Origin: an uncultured delta proteobacterium
GTDB lineage: Bacteria; Desulfobacterota; Binatia; UBA9968
NCBI GenBank assembly: GCA_963847445.1
Contig: CAWJZV010000006.1
Coordinates: forward strand, 32,001-96,000
Direction of reading: 5' to 3'
DNA length: 64,000 nucleotides
The position numbers and the translations under genes were made by a program. This document shows, piece by piece, positions 27,709 through 37,366 of this stretch. The stretch's first letter is position 1; each line of letters starts with the position of its first letter. The notes below the pieces were generated by a model. It had not been told where the DNA came from. It saw only the letters and a program-made list of their open reading frames with translations, and did not search any database.

Positions 27709-28716
27709 ATGGTCATGGCCGATAAAAATACCTGGGGTATCGTCCTCGCGGCCGGCGAAGGCAATCGGGTTCGGGAGTTTTTCTCCGCGCTGTGCGGCGG
27801 GCGAGGTATCAAACAATTTTGCTCGGTTCTTGGCAAACGCTCTTTGCTACAAATGACCTTGGATCGTGTGCAGCAACTGATTCCACGCGAGCGCATTCTT
27901 ATCATCGTCGACAAACGCCACCGGCCGGAAGCGGCCGCGCAGCTCGCCGGCTGGCCAGAAGAGAATATTATCTATCAGCCAGCTAATCGCGAGACCGCTC
28001 CCGGCATCCTGTTGCCCCTGGCCCATGTCAGCCATCGCTGCCCGGACGCGACCGTGGCAGTGTTTCCGTCAGACCATTTCATCTCTAACGAGCGCGGCTT
28101 TATGTCCCATGTGGCGAAAGCCGTTGAGGAAACCAAAATGTTCCCGGCCAGCGCGGTTCTGTTGGGGATGACACCGGACCGGATCGAAGAGGGCTACGGC
28201 TGGATTAGCAGTCTGGAGGACGGCAAAGATAAATGCAGCCGCGCAGTGCGCGGATTTTGGGAAAAACCGTCCCTACCCCATGCTGAGAAATTGATGCAAG
28301 ACGGCGCTCTATGGAACACTTTCGTGTTTGCCGCGCGCGCGGCAACGCTGTGGGAGATGACGCGTCAAACCGTCCCAGAGCTCTACGGAGCATTCACGGG
28401 CGTCCGGATCATGCTAGGGACAAACCATGCGGACAAATATATCGATCAAACCTATGAGCGCCTATGCGCGGTCAATTTCAGCTCGGCGATTCTCGCCCGG
28501 TGCGCGGCGCGCCTGCGAGTGCTCCCTGTGCCGGAGATCGGCTGGAGCGACTGGGGTAGCGCCGATAGAATCCTCGACTCAGTAATGCGCATGGGACGTG
28601 TCGGCGAACTTGCTGCGCGCCTGGAGAAACATAGTGTCGGCGACCCGTCGTTGGCAAATCTGCTTTCGCGTTTTCAAACGTATCGGAAGCAGGTAGCGTA
28701 CGAAGCGCAGTTATAG
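27709..28716 (+). CDS. Sugar-phosphate nucleotidyltransferase (mannose-1-phosphate guanylyltransferase-like)
   Basis: IVLAAGEGNR, KQF, QPANRETAPGI, PSDH, YGWI, FWEKP, WSDWG; AGGAG RBS. Confidence 0.88.
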   Translation: MVMADKNTWGIVLAAGEGNRVREFFSALCGGRGIKQFCSVLGKRSLLQMTLDRVQQLIPRERILIIVDKRHRPEAAAQLAGWPEENIIYQPANRETAPGILLPLAHVSHRCPDATVAVFPSDHFISNERGFMSHVAKAVEETKMFPASAVLLGMTPDRIEEGYGWISSLEDGKDKCSRAVRGFWEKPSLPHAEKLMQDGALWNTFVFAARAATLWEMTRQTVPELYGAFTGVRIMLGTNHADKYIDQTYERLCAVNFSSAILARCAARLRVLPVPEIGWSDWGSADRILDSVMRMGRVGELAARLEKHSVGDPSLANLLSRFQTYRKQVAYEAQL

Positions 28717-28861
28717 AGCAGAGCTCCGCGCTCACGACAAGTGATGACTTCACATGGGTTAGAAAACCCATCCGCTAAAAACTGACGCGCCAACGGCGCG
28801 ATTCAGCCGTTTGCGTGGAGGCGGGGCAGCACCCGTTAGATTGCTGCGGCAACCGTAAAAT

Positions 28862-29548
28862 TTACTTTCTCAATGCCGCGATACGGTCTTCCGTGGCAGG
28901 ATGGCTTGATAAAAACCCACCACCGCCGCCGCCGCGTTTTTCCTGGCTGAGAATCCATTGGAGAGTTCGTTCCATGGTTTGAGGAGGAAACCCGGCCCGG
29001 TCTAGCAGTTCCATGCCGTGGCGATCGGCGGCGAATTCTTCTTTACGGCTGTACCCCCGGGCAATCAGAGTACCGGCAATCGGTGTTACCGCACTGCTGC
29101 CGGGGATCAATTGCTCCAACAGAACTACACCAATATTCAATCCGGCGCCGAGCACCTGCGCCTTGGCCACGTGGCCGAGATCGTCATGGGCGATTTCATG
29201 GGCTAGCACGCCGCGCAATTGCTCGTCGCTAGCTTTCTGTAGTAATCCGGTCGTAACGTAAAATTCGCCGCCACCGGCATTGGCCGCATTGATGCTCGGA
29301 TCGTCAATCAATCCGATGCGCACCTGGTTGGCCGATTTGCGCTTATCTGTCGCCTGTAGGAGCGGTATCATTGTGCGCTTCAGCCGTTCAGCCTGGCGGC
29401 TATCGAAGGGAACCGTGCGAACGCTAGACTGCGGCTGCGCCCCAGAGCCGGCGCCTCCCGAACTCGTGACCAGCTCGGCGCATCCGTTGCCGAGCAAGAG
29501 GGCCAGAGCTGTCCCCGCCGCTGTATTCATCATAAATTTCAGCTTCAT
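28862..29548 (-). CDS. M48 family metallopeptidase lipoprotein
   Basis: Lipobox LGNGC; INAANAGGG; LAHEIAH; EFAAD; SSHP...RI. Confidence 0.9.
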   Translation of the reverse strand: MKLKFMMNTAAGTALALLLGNGCAELVTSSGGAGSGAQPQSSVRTVPFDSRQAERLKRTMIPLLQATDKRKSANQVRIGLIDDPSINAANAGGGEFYVTTGLLQKASDEQLRGVLAHEIAHDDLGHVAKAQVLGAGLNIGVVLLEQLIPGSSAVTPIAGTLIARGYSRKEEFAADRHGMELLDRAGFPPQTMERTLQWILSQEKRGGGGGGFLSSHPATEDRIAALRK

Positions 29549-29713
29549 TCGTGACTCTCAGGTCGCAGCAGCGCTTTGTTTCAATGCGACATTATTGCGC
29601 CCATCAAGATGACGCTCAGGCGGGATACCGATAGCGTTGCCCTACGCCGCGGTCCGGCTCCGGGCGTCAACGTTTAGGCGGTTGTAAGAATGTTTGCCTC
29701 TTTACTTTATTTT

Positions 29714-29956
29714 TTAATAGATGATCGACCCTTTTTCGATTTGCTCCTTGCGCTGTTCGTACTCGCGGCGCTCGATGCGGCCGGATCTCAGGTCATCGTC
29801 CAATTGATCCATCTGCCGTTTTGATTGAACTTCGTAACCGGCTCCGGTCCCCAGCACTCCTGCTGCCGCACCGCCCCAAAACGCGGGGCTGCACGCGCTA
29901 AATCCCAGTGTCGATGCAAGTAATCCCAGCATGGCAAACTGTTTCAATCTTTTCAT
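29714..29956 (-). CDS. Small lipoprotein (glycine zipper plus SHOCT-like C-terminus)
   Basis: Lipobox FSAC; GGAAAGVLGTGAGYE; G.I.RREYEQRKEQI; paralog of 33835-34059. Confidence 0.85.
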   Translation of the reverse strand: MKRLKQFAMLGLLASTLGFSACSPAFWGGAAAGVLGTGAGYEVQSKRQMDQLDDDLRSGRIERREYEQRKEQIEKGSIIY

Positions 29957-30012
29957 AGTATCCCCCTGTTTATTTTTGCGCCGCCAATTGCGGCCTCATA
30001 AGAGCAAGGGGA

Positions 30013-30027
30013 GCAAAAGAAATGCCA
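30013..30027 (-). promoter_or_regulatory. sigma54 promoter
   Basis: Reverse strand TGGCAT-TTCTT-TTGC, perfect consensus, about 57 nt upstream of 29956. Confidence 0.72.
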
Positions 30028-30180
30028 TCGTGCTGACAGAGAAATTAAAAAGACTCATCAATTGAACTCAAGTTTTGCTGCCGCACTGTCCTACAAACGA
30101 GAGCATTATATTAAAAACAATTGCGGGAGTGGGACGTTGTTAGACGGAATAATGGGTAGTGGTTCAGTTTCGAAATCATC

Positions 30181-30243
30181 TGTAGGGGCGACCCCCCTGT
30201 GGTCGCCCGTCCCAGAGGGCAGACACAGGGGTCTGCCCCTACA
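30181..30243. repeat. GTAG-family REP doublet (REPIN-like)
   Basis: TGTAGGGGCGACCCCCCTGTGGTCGCCC followed by the inverted unit GGGCAGACACAGGGGTCTGCCCCTACA. Confidence 0.8.
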
Positions 30244-30362
30244 TTGGGGATTGGTTGAAATCAAAGTGAACCACTACCGAATAATGGCGTGACTGGCGAT
30301 AACTTGTTGGTCCGCAGTTTGCTGGACTCTTTCTTCATAACAATTACAAGGGGAATAAAATT

Positions 30363-30980
30363 ATGCATGCTCAATCCTATCGCCCGAAAAAATTCAATAT
30401 CGCTGGACTCAAGGGAATTTCCGATAAGACCGTTGAAATGCATCTGAAGCTCTACGACGGCTACGTGAAAAATACCAATCTCATAACTGAGCAATTGGCC
30501 GAAATGATGCGCCAGAAAAAAGCGGCAGCGACAAACCCTGCGTATGCCGAACTTAAGCGCCATCTCGGCTTCGAATATGGCGGCATGGTCCTGCATGAGT
30601 ATTACTTCGGTATTCTTGCGTCCGACGGCGGCACGCCGACTGATAATTTTAAAAGCGCAGTCGAAGAGAGTTTCGGCAGCTTTGAGAACTGGAAGACGGA
30701 TTTCGTCGGCGTCGGCAATATGCGCGGCGTTGGCTGGGCGATCCTTTACCAAGATCCGGTAACCGAGCAGCTTTCTAATCACTGGATCGAACTTCATCAG
30801 CAAGGTGTGCCCTCCGGCTTCAAACCGATTGTGGTCATGGATGTCTGGGAACATGCTTTCCTGCTCGACTACAAGCCCGCCGAGCGTGATAAATATATCG
30901 ACGCGTTCTTTGCCAACGTCGATTGGCACAGGATCGACGACAATCTGACGAGCGCGGCCGCGACCCGCCCCGTGGGTTAA
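30363..30980 (+). CDS. Fe/Mn superoxide dismutase family protein (ChrC-like subtype)
   Basis: MHLKLYDGYV, LHEYYF, FGSFENW, GWAIL, MDVWEHA. Confidence 0.92.
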   Translation: MHAQSYRPKKFNIAGLKGISDKTVEMHLKLYDGYVKNTNLITEQLAEMMRQKKAAATNPAYAELKRHLGFEYGGMVLHEYYFGILASDGGTPTDNFKSAVEESFGSFENWKTDFVGVGNMRGVGWAILYQDPVTEQLSNHWIELHQQGVPSGFKPIVVMDVWEHAFLLDYKPAERDKYIDAFFANVDWHRIDDNLTSAAATRPVG

Positions 30981-31181
30981 AATTACCCCGCGATGTAAAA
31001 CCTGGCGGGTTATGTGCGCAGTAATTTACCGGGTTGGTGGCCGAGAATTACTGGTTAGGACAATCCCAATTCGTCGCCGTGAATCCGAAACAGCTGTCTC
31101 AATAACAATACACTGACTTAATACAAGTCCTGTTTATAGCACATTCAGCGAACCGGCTTGGCCAAATTGAAAGGTTGGCGT

Positions 31182-31196
31182 CGGCACACTGTTTGC
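31182..31196 (+). promoter_or_regulatory. sigma54 promoter
   Basis: CGGCAC-ACTGT-TTGC, 13 nt before ATG 31210. Confidence 0.6.
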
Positions 31197-31209
31197 ACCA
31201 ACTAAGACC

Positions 31210-31389
31210 ATGGAATTCGTATGTCGACATTGTGATGAACTTTGCAACGACGAGGCTTACCGAGTAGTCAGCGTCGAAAACGACATAGTTTTGCTGAACA
31301 TGATCGTCTGTCACCGATGTGCACAGGTGGCCCGCGGCTTAAATCTGCCAACGCTGAAAATCGACCTTCGTTCCCACCTAGTAACCTAA
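31210..31389 (+). CDS. 59-aa C4 zinc-binding protein (not in ORF track)
   Basis: MEFVCRHCDELCNDEAYRVVSVENDIVLLNMIVCHRCAQVARGLNLPTLKIDLRSHLVT; two CxxC motifs. Confidence 0.7.
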   Translation: MEFVCRHCDELCNDEAYRVVSVENDIVLLNMIVCHRCAQVARGLNLPTLKIDLRSHLVT

Positions 31390-31692
31390 CGCACGACAGA
31401 TTTTAAACCGTCACGTAAAATAGTTTGCCTTTTCGCCGGACGGAGTTCATAAAGCCTGCCCGCGTAGTTTGTAATGTCGGGTAGCGCATCCCATTAGGAT
31501 AAATCATTAAGGCCTATGATTAATGCAAGAGGTTAAGAATTCTTTTAATTTTGTCCCTGGTAAATTTGTAGATCCCAGTTCCTCCGATCGTTGCTCAAAA
31601 TAATTTCTTGCGGGAGTCCTGCAAGAAGGGCCATGGCGAACCTGCTCGCGAAAGAGATACCGCAATATTCCACGCGATAGGTTTGCGGAATC

Positions 31693-31707
31693 TGGCACGT
31701 GCTTTGC
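31693..31707 (+). promoter_or_regulatory. sigma54 promoter
   Basis: TGGCAC-GTGCT-TTGC, perfect consensus. Confidence 0.72.
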
Positions 31708-31875
31708 CATTTCAATTCGACTAATGGATTGCGACCAGCATGGTCTATCGACTTCGTGGAATTGCGCGCAACGGCGATGGAAAGGTGTAAGCCTCGAGTA
31801 ATCATGCGAGCGACAAGATCAACGTCGTGGGTCACTAGTTTAGCGAAAGCGCCATTAAGAATGGAGGTCGTCGCC

Positions 31876-32514
31876 ATGTCAAGCCTGGTTTTCATTCTGG
31901 CCCAGGCAGTGGCGCCACTAGGCGGAACACAGGTTCACGGTGGCGAACCGGCGCCGGCGGCGACTCAAAAATATGTCGATGCTGAAACCGCGCAACGCCT
32001 TTATCGAATTATCAAGCCGCTGCTGGCCGCGATGGACCATTCGCTTAGGCCTCGACAGGTGAGCGTTGGCATCGTTGCCGATGACGCCATCAACGCCGCG
32101 AATGGCGGCGGCGGCAAGTTTCTCGTTACCACTGGTTTATTGGCGCGAGCCAATGACGAACAGTTGCGCGGCGTAATGGCGCACGAGATTGCCCACGAGG
32201 ATCTTGGTCATGTCACCAAGCTGAAGACATCGGCAACCGGGACGAATATGGTCTTGCTCGAACAGTTGGCGACGGAAAGCAGCGCGTTAACGCTGATTAA
32301 CGGACCGCTGACTACTTTGAGTTTCACCCGGTCCGAGGAGCTCGACGCCGATCGCCATAGTGTCGCGATTCTGGCGCGCGCGGGGCATCCGGGAGCCGTG
32401 ATCATCGAGACACTGAGCTGGCTGGCAAAAAATTCGGCAAGAGCCGATGGGTTTGTTGCTACCCATTCGTATATTCGCGAACGCATCAAAGCCTTGAAGG
32501 CGATGCCGGGATAG
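31876..32514 (+). CDS. M48 family metallopeptidase (paralog of 28862-29548)
   Basis: INAANGGGG, MAHEIAHEDLGH, ELDAD; GGAGG RBS before ATG 31876. Confidence 0.85.
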   Translation: MSSLVFILAQAVAPLGGTQVHGGEPAPAATQKYVDAETAQRLYRIIKPLLAAMDHSLRPRQVSVGIVADDAINAANGGGGKFLVTTGLLARANDEQLRGVMAHEIAHEDLGHVTKLKTSATGTNMVLLEQLATESSALTLINGPLTTLSFTRSEELDADRHSVAILARAGHPGAVIIETLSWLAKNSARADGFVATHSYIRERIKALKAMPG

Positions 32515-32550
32515 AAAGCGCGATAAATATGATCCAAGGAGGAAAATACT

Positions 32551-33156
32551 ATGCAATCTTTAACGGGCAAGTTGTTGGCAGTTTTTGGGCTGGTCACCCT
32601 ATTAGCTTGCGCGGCCTGCGAAAATATCGCGCTTATCAAACGGCCCACGCCTCAACTCGATGGCGATGAGTTCGTCGGTGAGATAACCGGTGTCGACTCG
32701 CGCCTCAAGCAAATCCATTTGCGCCCCGCTACGGAGGTCTCGAGCGGCGCTTCGATTCAGACAGTTCGGTATGACGACAATACCCAAGTTCTTTATCGCG
32801 GCCGAGAATACTCGGTGAACTCACTTGAGGTGGGCGACGTTGTTGCGCTGCAGGTTTGGCACCGTGACCGAGAGCGCAGCGCCGATTTGATCCGAGTGCA
32901 GCAAAGCCGCCGTGACCGCGACCTGGTGCGAACCGGAAGCGAGATTCAAAGAATTGAAGGCACGGTGGAGCGGATCGATTCGCGCGATTTGTTTGAACTG
33001 CGGGAACGCTCGGGGGCAAAGGTCATGATCTCAGTACCGTCGAACGCGCGTCAATCGGTTGTCGATCAGGTCGAGCGCCTGCGCCGCGGCGATCACGTCT
33101 TAGGCGAGGGCCGGTATGTCAGCCGTGACCGCTTCGAGCTGGAGAGTTTGCTCTAG
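32551..33156 (+). CDS. Lipoprotein with two OB-fold-like (DUF5666-like) repeats
   Basis: AGGAGG RBS; lipobox; two G.I/V..ID...L..GD.V repeats. Confidence 0.8.
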   Translation: MQSLTGKLLAVFGLVTLLACAACENIALIKRPTPQLDGDEFVGEITGVDSRLKQIHLRPATEVSSGASIQTVRYDDNTQVLYRGREYSVNSLEVGDVVALQVWHRDRERSADLIRVQQSRRDRDLVRTGSEIQRIEGTVERIDSRDLFELRERSGAKVMISVPSNARQSVVDQVERLRRGDHVLGEGRYVSRDRFELESLL

Positions 33157-33276
33157 GCCATTCCGAGAAGAAAGTGGGCATGGGAACGGTTTAGGCTTGC
33201 TGAAGCGTTGATTTCTCATCACAGGCCGATTCCGAAAGTTGCATAAAATCTCGAACCTTCTAGGCAAGGAGAAAAC

Positions 33277-33354
33277 ATGGCCGATCTCACTGCTTGGTTT
33301 GTCGCTGTGCCGATATCTTTAGTCGCCTTGTTCTGGGTCTTTGGAGTCATCTAG
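33277..33354 (+). CDS. 25-aa single-TM small protein MADLTAWFVAVPISLVALFWVFGVI
   Basis: AAGGAG RBS; almost entirely hydrophobic. Confidence 0.55.
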   Translation: MADLTAWFVAVPISLVALFWVFGVI

Positions 33355-33779
33355 TCACCGAGACTGAGAAGGAGTCCGCATTAATACTCACGATAAACGC
33401 GCAAAATATCGAGACGACAAACAACGAACTCATTGTAGTGCTGCGAAAATTCACCAGCGAGAGCGATAGCCGCCAGCGCGAGACGCAAATTCTACTAGCT
33501 TGCGCCCTCTCCGTGCTTTTTGGCAGCGAAAGCCTCTGTTCCCATCGCTGGCATTGAGAATCCCAGCTCGCAGGCGAATCGAAAGCGAGGGCGTAAAAAA
33601 CCTGACGGCCAAAATTCATCTACTCATCGATGGCTAACTGTTTATTTCCAATCCCGTCTGCTGAGCGCTGCAAGGAAAATTCCTTCTTAGCGGAAGGATT
33701 CTTCTCGCCGTTTCTTCTGCTCTCGATCCTCAACGGAGTGTTCTTCTTAAGTTACGCAGTTTTTCGTGCACGTCACCAC

Positions 33780-33794
33780 TGGCATCCCGATTGC
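33780..33794 (+). promoter_or_regulatory. sigma54 promoter
   Basis: TGGCAT-CCCGA-TTGC, perfect consensus, 40 nt before ATG 33835. Confidence 0.75.
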
Positions 33795-33834
33795 GAATGA
33801 AACGATGTAGCTCAGTAATAAGGAGGTTTCAGAT

Positions 33835-34059
33835 ATGAAGACATTTTTAGTTTTGTTGTTGACGGCGGTGGTGACCCAATCGGGTTGCGCTTTTCTTGGC
33901 GGCGCTGCTACTGGCGTGCTCGCGACCGGCGCGGGATACGAGATCCAGGCGAAGCGGCAAATGGACAAACTAGACGAGGATCTTAGGAATGAAAGAATTT
34001 CGCGGCGCGAGTATGAACAGCGCAAGCAGCAGATCGAGAGCGGTTCGATCATTTACTAG
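33835..34059 (+). CDS. Small lipoprotein (paralog of 29714-29956)
   Basis: AAGGAGG RBS; lipobox QSGC; GAGYEIQAKRQMDKLDEDLR...RREYEQRKQQIESGSIIY. Confidence 0.85.
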   Translation: MKTFLVLLLTAVVTQSGCAFLGGAATGVLATGAGYEIQAKRQMDKLDEDLRNERISRREYEQRKQQIESGSIIY

Positions 34060-34118
34060 AATACAAACCAGCGAGCGGTGGATGAAATGGTAAGCGATAA
34101 AAAAGAAAGGGTGAACCT

Positions 34119-34289
34119 ATGTTGAGCTATGCGCTGGCATTTTTAATCATCGGCCTAATCGCCGGGCTTGTCGGTCTGGCGGGAGTGGCCGCCGTGGCGA
34201 CACATGTCGGCTGGGTCCTGTTTCTCGTCGGTCTCGTCCTGCTGATCGTACATGCGGCTGTTCGTGGCCGTGTGCCGCCAGCCACATAG
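34119..34289 (+). CDS. DUF1328 (YtjA-like) small membrane protein
   Basis: MLSYALAFLIIGLIAGLVGLAGVAAVATHVGWVLFLVGLVLLIV..., manually translated. Confidence 0.85.
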   Translation: MLSYALAFLIIGLIAGLVGLAGVAAVATHVGWVLFLVGLVLLIVHAAVRGRVPPAT

Positions 34290-35040
34290 GCGTGCGAAAG
34301 CCCTCCGTGGAGCGGAAACAAAGCTGCGTGTTTACCGCCCCATGGCGGGTATTCTGCCATTATCCCTGCGCTCCTGCTGCTCTGAGTTTTTGGCAGTTCC
34401 CATAGCGCTTGCTGAAAAACTTGCTCATCCGCTTTAAGCAGTTTAGAAGCTCAGCGGTGAGCACAATGATGCGCCGGCTAACCGCGATCACGGCGGGCGG
34501 CGAGTAGCACGGCGAGGCCTAAATAAACCATGTCTTCCCCTGCTAATTATCGTGGTTAATCACTGACAAAGGCTGTGTTGTCTTCGGAGTGCTCTGCCAT
34601 TTTATCCCATTCCATAATCGATGCTTGAGTTCGAGCGCTGTATCTTCGCCTATCATTTTTGGGTTCGGCGTTCCTCGCGGTTTGCCAGCTATAAAAAGCA
34701 ATTTGAGTTCCCTTACACCGATAGTAGAGTTATTCTTTCCGGCCGTTACCCTGAGTAGGGCCTAAGTAAGGCAACTAACCAAGATTGGGACAACGCGATG
34801 ACTAGCACGTCTTTAAAATGGGAACGGCTAAAATGCGTCTCCCTTTGAGGCATTTCGACAACGACCAAACTCTTTAGCGAGGCAAGCTTCCGATAAGGTT
34901 GGTTATGGAGCGAGCTCCGACAGCGGAAATCCTACTAAGAAGAGAATTCCCGACAGTTTCTAGAGACGAGTCGCACGCTAGTTAGACGATAAAATTGCGC
35001 AAGTGTCTTTTACAAATGAGAATTTCACATGGTGGTGGGA

Positions 35041-35055
35041 TGGCATAGCGGTTGC
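35041..35055 (+). promoter_or_regulatory. sigma54 promoter
   Basis: TGGCAT-AGCGG-TTGC, perfect consensus, ahead of four small genes. Confidence 0.75.
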
Positions 35056-35124
35056 TCTATTGGTTGCTTAAATGCGCATCGAGCTCGACGAGCAATGGAG
35101 CGCAACGAACAGGAGGCGATTAAG

Positions 35125-35307
35125 ATGACTATAAAACTATCCAAGAAGGCGACGCTAGGAGACTTGATTGCGGCCGTGACCGATGAAGTATCGCGGCTAA
35201 CCCGAGGGTCGGCCAATACGAATATTCTGGTCTCGTATATTGTCAGAGATGTCTTAGCCAAGCGAAGAGCGAGGCCGGAGAGTCGGGGAGTCCTAAAAGT
35301 CGCGTAG
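35125..35307 (+). CDS. Small hypothetical protein (60 aa)
   Basis: AGGAGG RBS; MTIKLSKKATLGDLIAAVTDEV... Confidence 0.7.
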   Translation: MTIKLSKKATLGDLIAAVTDEVSRLTRGSANTNILVSYIVRDVLAKRRARPESRGVLKVA

Positions 35308-35361
35308 TACCATGGATTAACACTCTTGGGGTTTAATAATGACACAAAGAAGGGGAAGACA

Positions 35362-35466
35362 ATGCTGAACAACGAAAAAGGCGCAATTGGCTGGATTCTT
35401 TTATGGGCGCTCGGTATTCCGATCCCGCTCTTGTTATTGTTCTTCATGGTTCGCGGCTGCACATGA
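35362..35466 (+). CDS. 34-aa membrane protein MLNNEKGAIGWILLWALGIPIPLLLLFFMVRGCT
   Basis: Purine-rich RBS; one hydrophobic segment; manually translated. Confidence 0.7.
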   Translation: MLNNEKGAIGWILLWALGIPIPLLLLFFMVRGCT

Positions 35467-35582
35467 TCCAGAACGGCCAAGTGGCGAAGGTAGCTGTAGA
35501 AAACGTGGCAGAGCCTGAGCCGCAGCGGTCGTGGAAGTTCTGATTACTGTCCCGGCAACCCGCGCGTGTGGAGATTTAAGCC

Positions 35583-35720
35583 ATGCAAATGTACGTCGCA
35601 CTGCAGCCGTTAGTGGCGCTCATCGCGGGAATATTGATTCTGTTGATTCCGAGGTTGTTGAATTACATTGTCGCCATTTATCTGATCGTGATCGGCATTT
35701 TGGGACTGGCGCGAATGTAG
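35583..35720 (+). CDS. DUF3096 small membrane protein
   Basis: PLVALIAGILILLIPRLLNYIVAIYLIVIGILGL signature. Confidence 0.88.
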   Translation: MQMYVALQPLVALIAGILILLIPRLLNYIVAIYLIVIGILGLARM

Positions 35721-35799
35721 TATTTAACCGCTCGAACGCGGCGGCATCCCAGAAGGTTAGAAAAGCGAAAGCACATTTCGCGGAAAGGAGGACATGTCG

Positions 35800-35964
35800 A
35801 TGTTAAATTGGGCTGTAACTTTTCTTGTGATCGCGCTCATCGCCGGTCTATTGGGCCTTAGCGGTGTGGCCGGCGCGGCGACTCAGATCGCATGGATCCT
35901 GTTTGTGGTGTTCTTGATCCTATTTCTCGTGGGCTTGGTCATGAACCGAAGACCGCCTGCTTAG
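35800..35964 (+). CDS. DUF1328 (YtjA-like) small membrane protein
   Basis: AGGAGG RBS; [44 protein letters not shown]... Confidence 0.9.
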   Translation: MLNWAVTFLVIALIAGLLGLSGVAGAATQIAWILFVVFLILFLVGLVMNRRPPA

Positions 35965-36355
35965 CGGTGGGCATGACTTCGCGCCAAAATCCTCGTCATC
36001 ACAGCCTGCACCAGGGTCCCGGTTTCCTCGCCGTTGGGCGATGAGATCGGGACCTCCCTCCTTAGATGCTGAACCAAAGCAATTGCGGCGGGATCTAGAA
36101 AATGCGCACCGACAAATGTCGAGGGTAAGGAAATCACAAGCCATCCAAAAGCGCACGACAAGGAACGGAATGTCTTGATCTGGAGCTGTGAATCATAACG
36201 TCATTTGCACCGGATGTATTCGTGGTTCTTCGGATGAAAATGTCCGACACTGTTGGTTTCTTGTGTAAGGAATAACCCTGCTACAGACGACCCTGCGACG
36301 AAATATAAAATCTATAACTCACTGAAAAGCGACCGTTAGACAAGGGCGAAATAGT

Positions 36356-36370
36356 TGGCATCGTATGTGC
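36356..36370 (+). promoter_or_regulatory. sigma54 promoter
   Basis: TGGCAT-CGTAT-GTGC (1 mismatch); IHF-like TTTCAGTGAGTTA on the reverse strand about 35 bp upstream. Confidence 0.6.
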
Positions 36371-36483
36371 GTTAACTCGTCTATAGGAAGTTGCACGCGC
36401 GATCGCCGCATCGACGATCTCGAGAAATATATTGCGGTAGGTCTTCGTGATTAACATTAACGCAAGTCAGAGGAACTCAGACC

Positions 36484-37230
36484 ATGCTACGAAAAATGAA
36501 AGATCTGAAGGGTTCAGCAATCGGCGCTAAGGACGGTGATATCGGTGAAGCAAACGACTTCATTTTCGACGACAAGAACTGGACGGTTCGCTACTTAGTG
36601 GCGGATACCGATCGCTGGCTGCCTGGACGCAAAGTCTTGATCTCACCCATCGTGATTGATCGAGCCGATTGGAATGACAAAAGGCTTCCGGTTCTGCTCA
36701 CCCAAGAGCAAGTAAAGAACAGTCCCGACATCAGTATGGACGAAACCTTATCTGCGCAAGATGAAGTTAAATACTACGACTATTACGATTGGCCGTACTA
36801 TTGGACGGGCGGAGAAATTTGGGGTCCTGTGACGTTGCCGCAAGATCTTATTGCGGCAGGAATCGATAGAAAGATCGTGCTGACTGAAGAAATCAACCGT
36901 TCTCATTTGCGCAGCATGAAAGATGTGACCGGATATTCGATTCAGGCCACCGACGGAGAAATCGGTCATGTCGATGATTTCGTACTTGACGATGACAGCT
37001 GGACCATACGTTACATAATCGCCGACACACGCAATTGGTTGCCCGGTAAAAAAGTGCTTATTTCGCCGCAGTGGATAGCGCAGGTCGATTGGAAGAATTC
37101 CAACCTGTACGTCAATTTGTCGCGGCATGCGATCAAGAGTGGTCCCGAGTATAACCCGGAACGGCTAAATCGCTCTTACGAGACGGAACTCTACGGGCAT
37201 TACGGCCAACCCAATTATTGGTGGTGTTGA
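36484..37230 (+). CDS. Tandem PRC-barrel domain protein
   Basis: Two copies of A.DG.IG...DF..DD..WT.RY..ADT..WLPG.KVLISP. Confidence 0.9.
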   Translation: MLRKMKDLKGSAIGAKDGDIGEANDFIFDDKNWTVRYLVADTDRWLPGRKVLISPIVIDRADWNDKRLPVLLTQEQVKNSPDISMDETLSAQDEVKYYDYYDWPYYWTGGEIWGPVTLPQDLIAAGIDRKIVLTEEINRSHLRSMKDVTGYSIQATDGEIGHVDDFVLDDDSWTIRYIIADTRNWLPGKKVLISPQWIAQVDWKNSNLYVNLSRHAIKSGPEYNPERLNRSYETELYGHYGQPNYWWC

Positions 37231-37366
37231 GAGGAATTCGGGGAAATATTGTTTCTAAAAAAGGAGGATTTATAGAAAAGATCAATTAAAAGGGAGCTGG
37301 CTAAAGTCCAGCAAGTCGATGAAATAAGAAAATCAAAATTAAATGAGAAAGCAGAAGGAGAAATGT

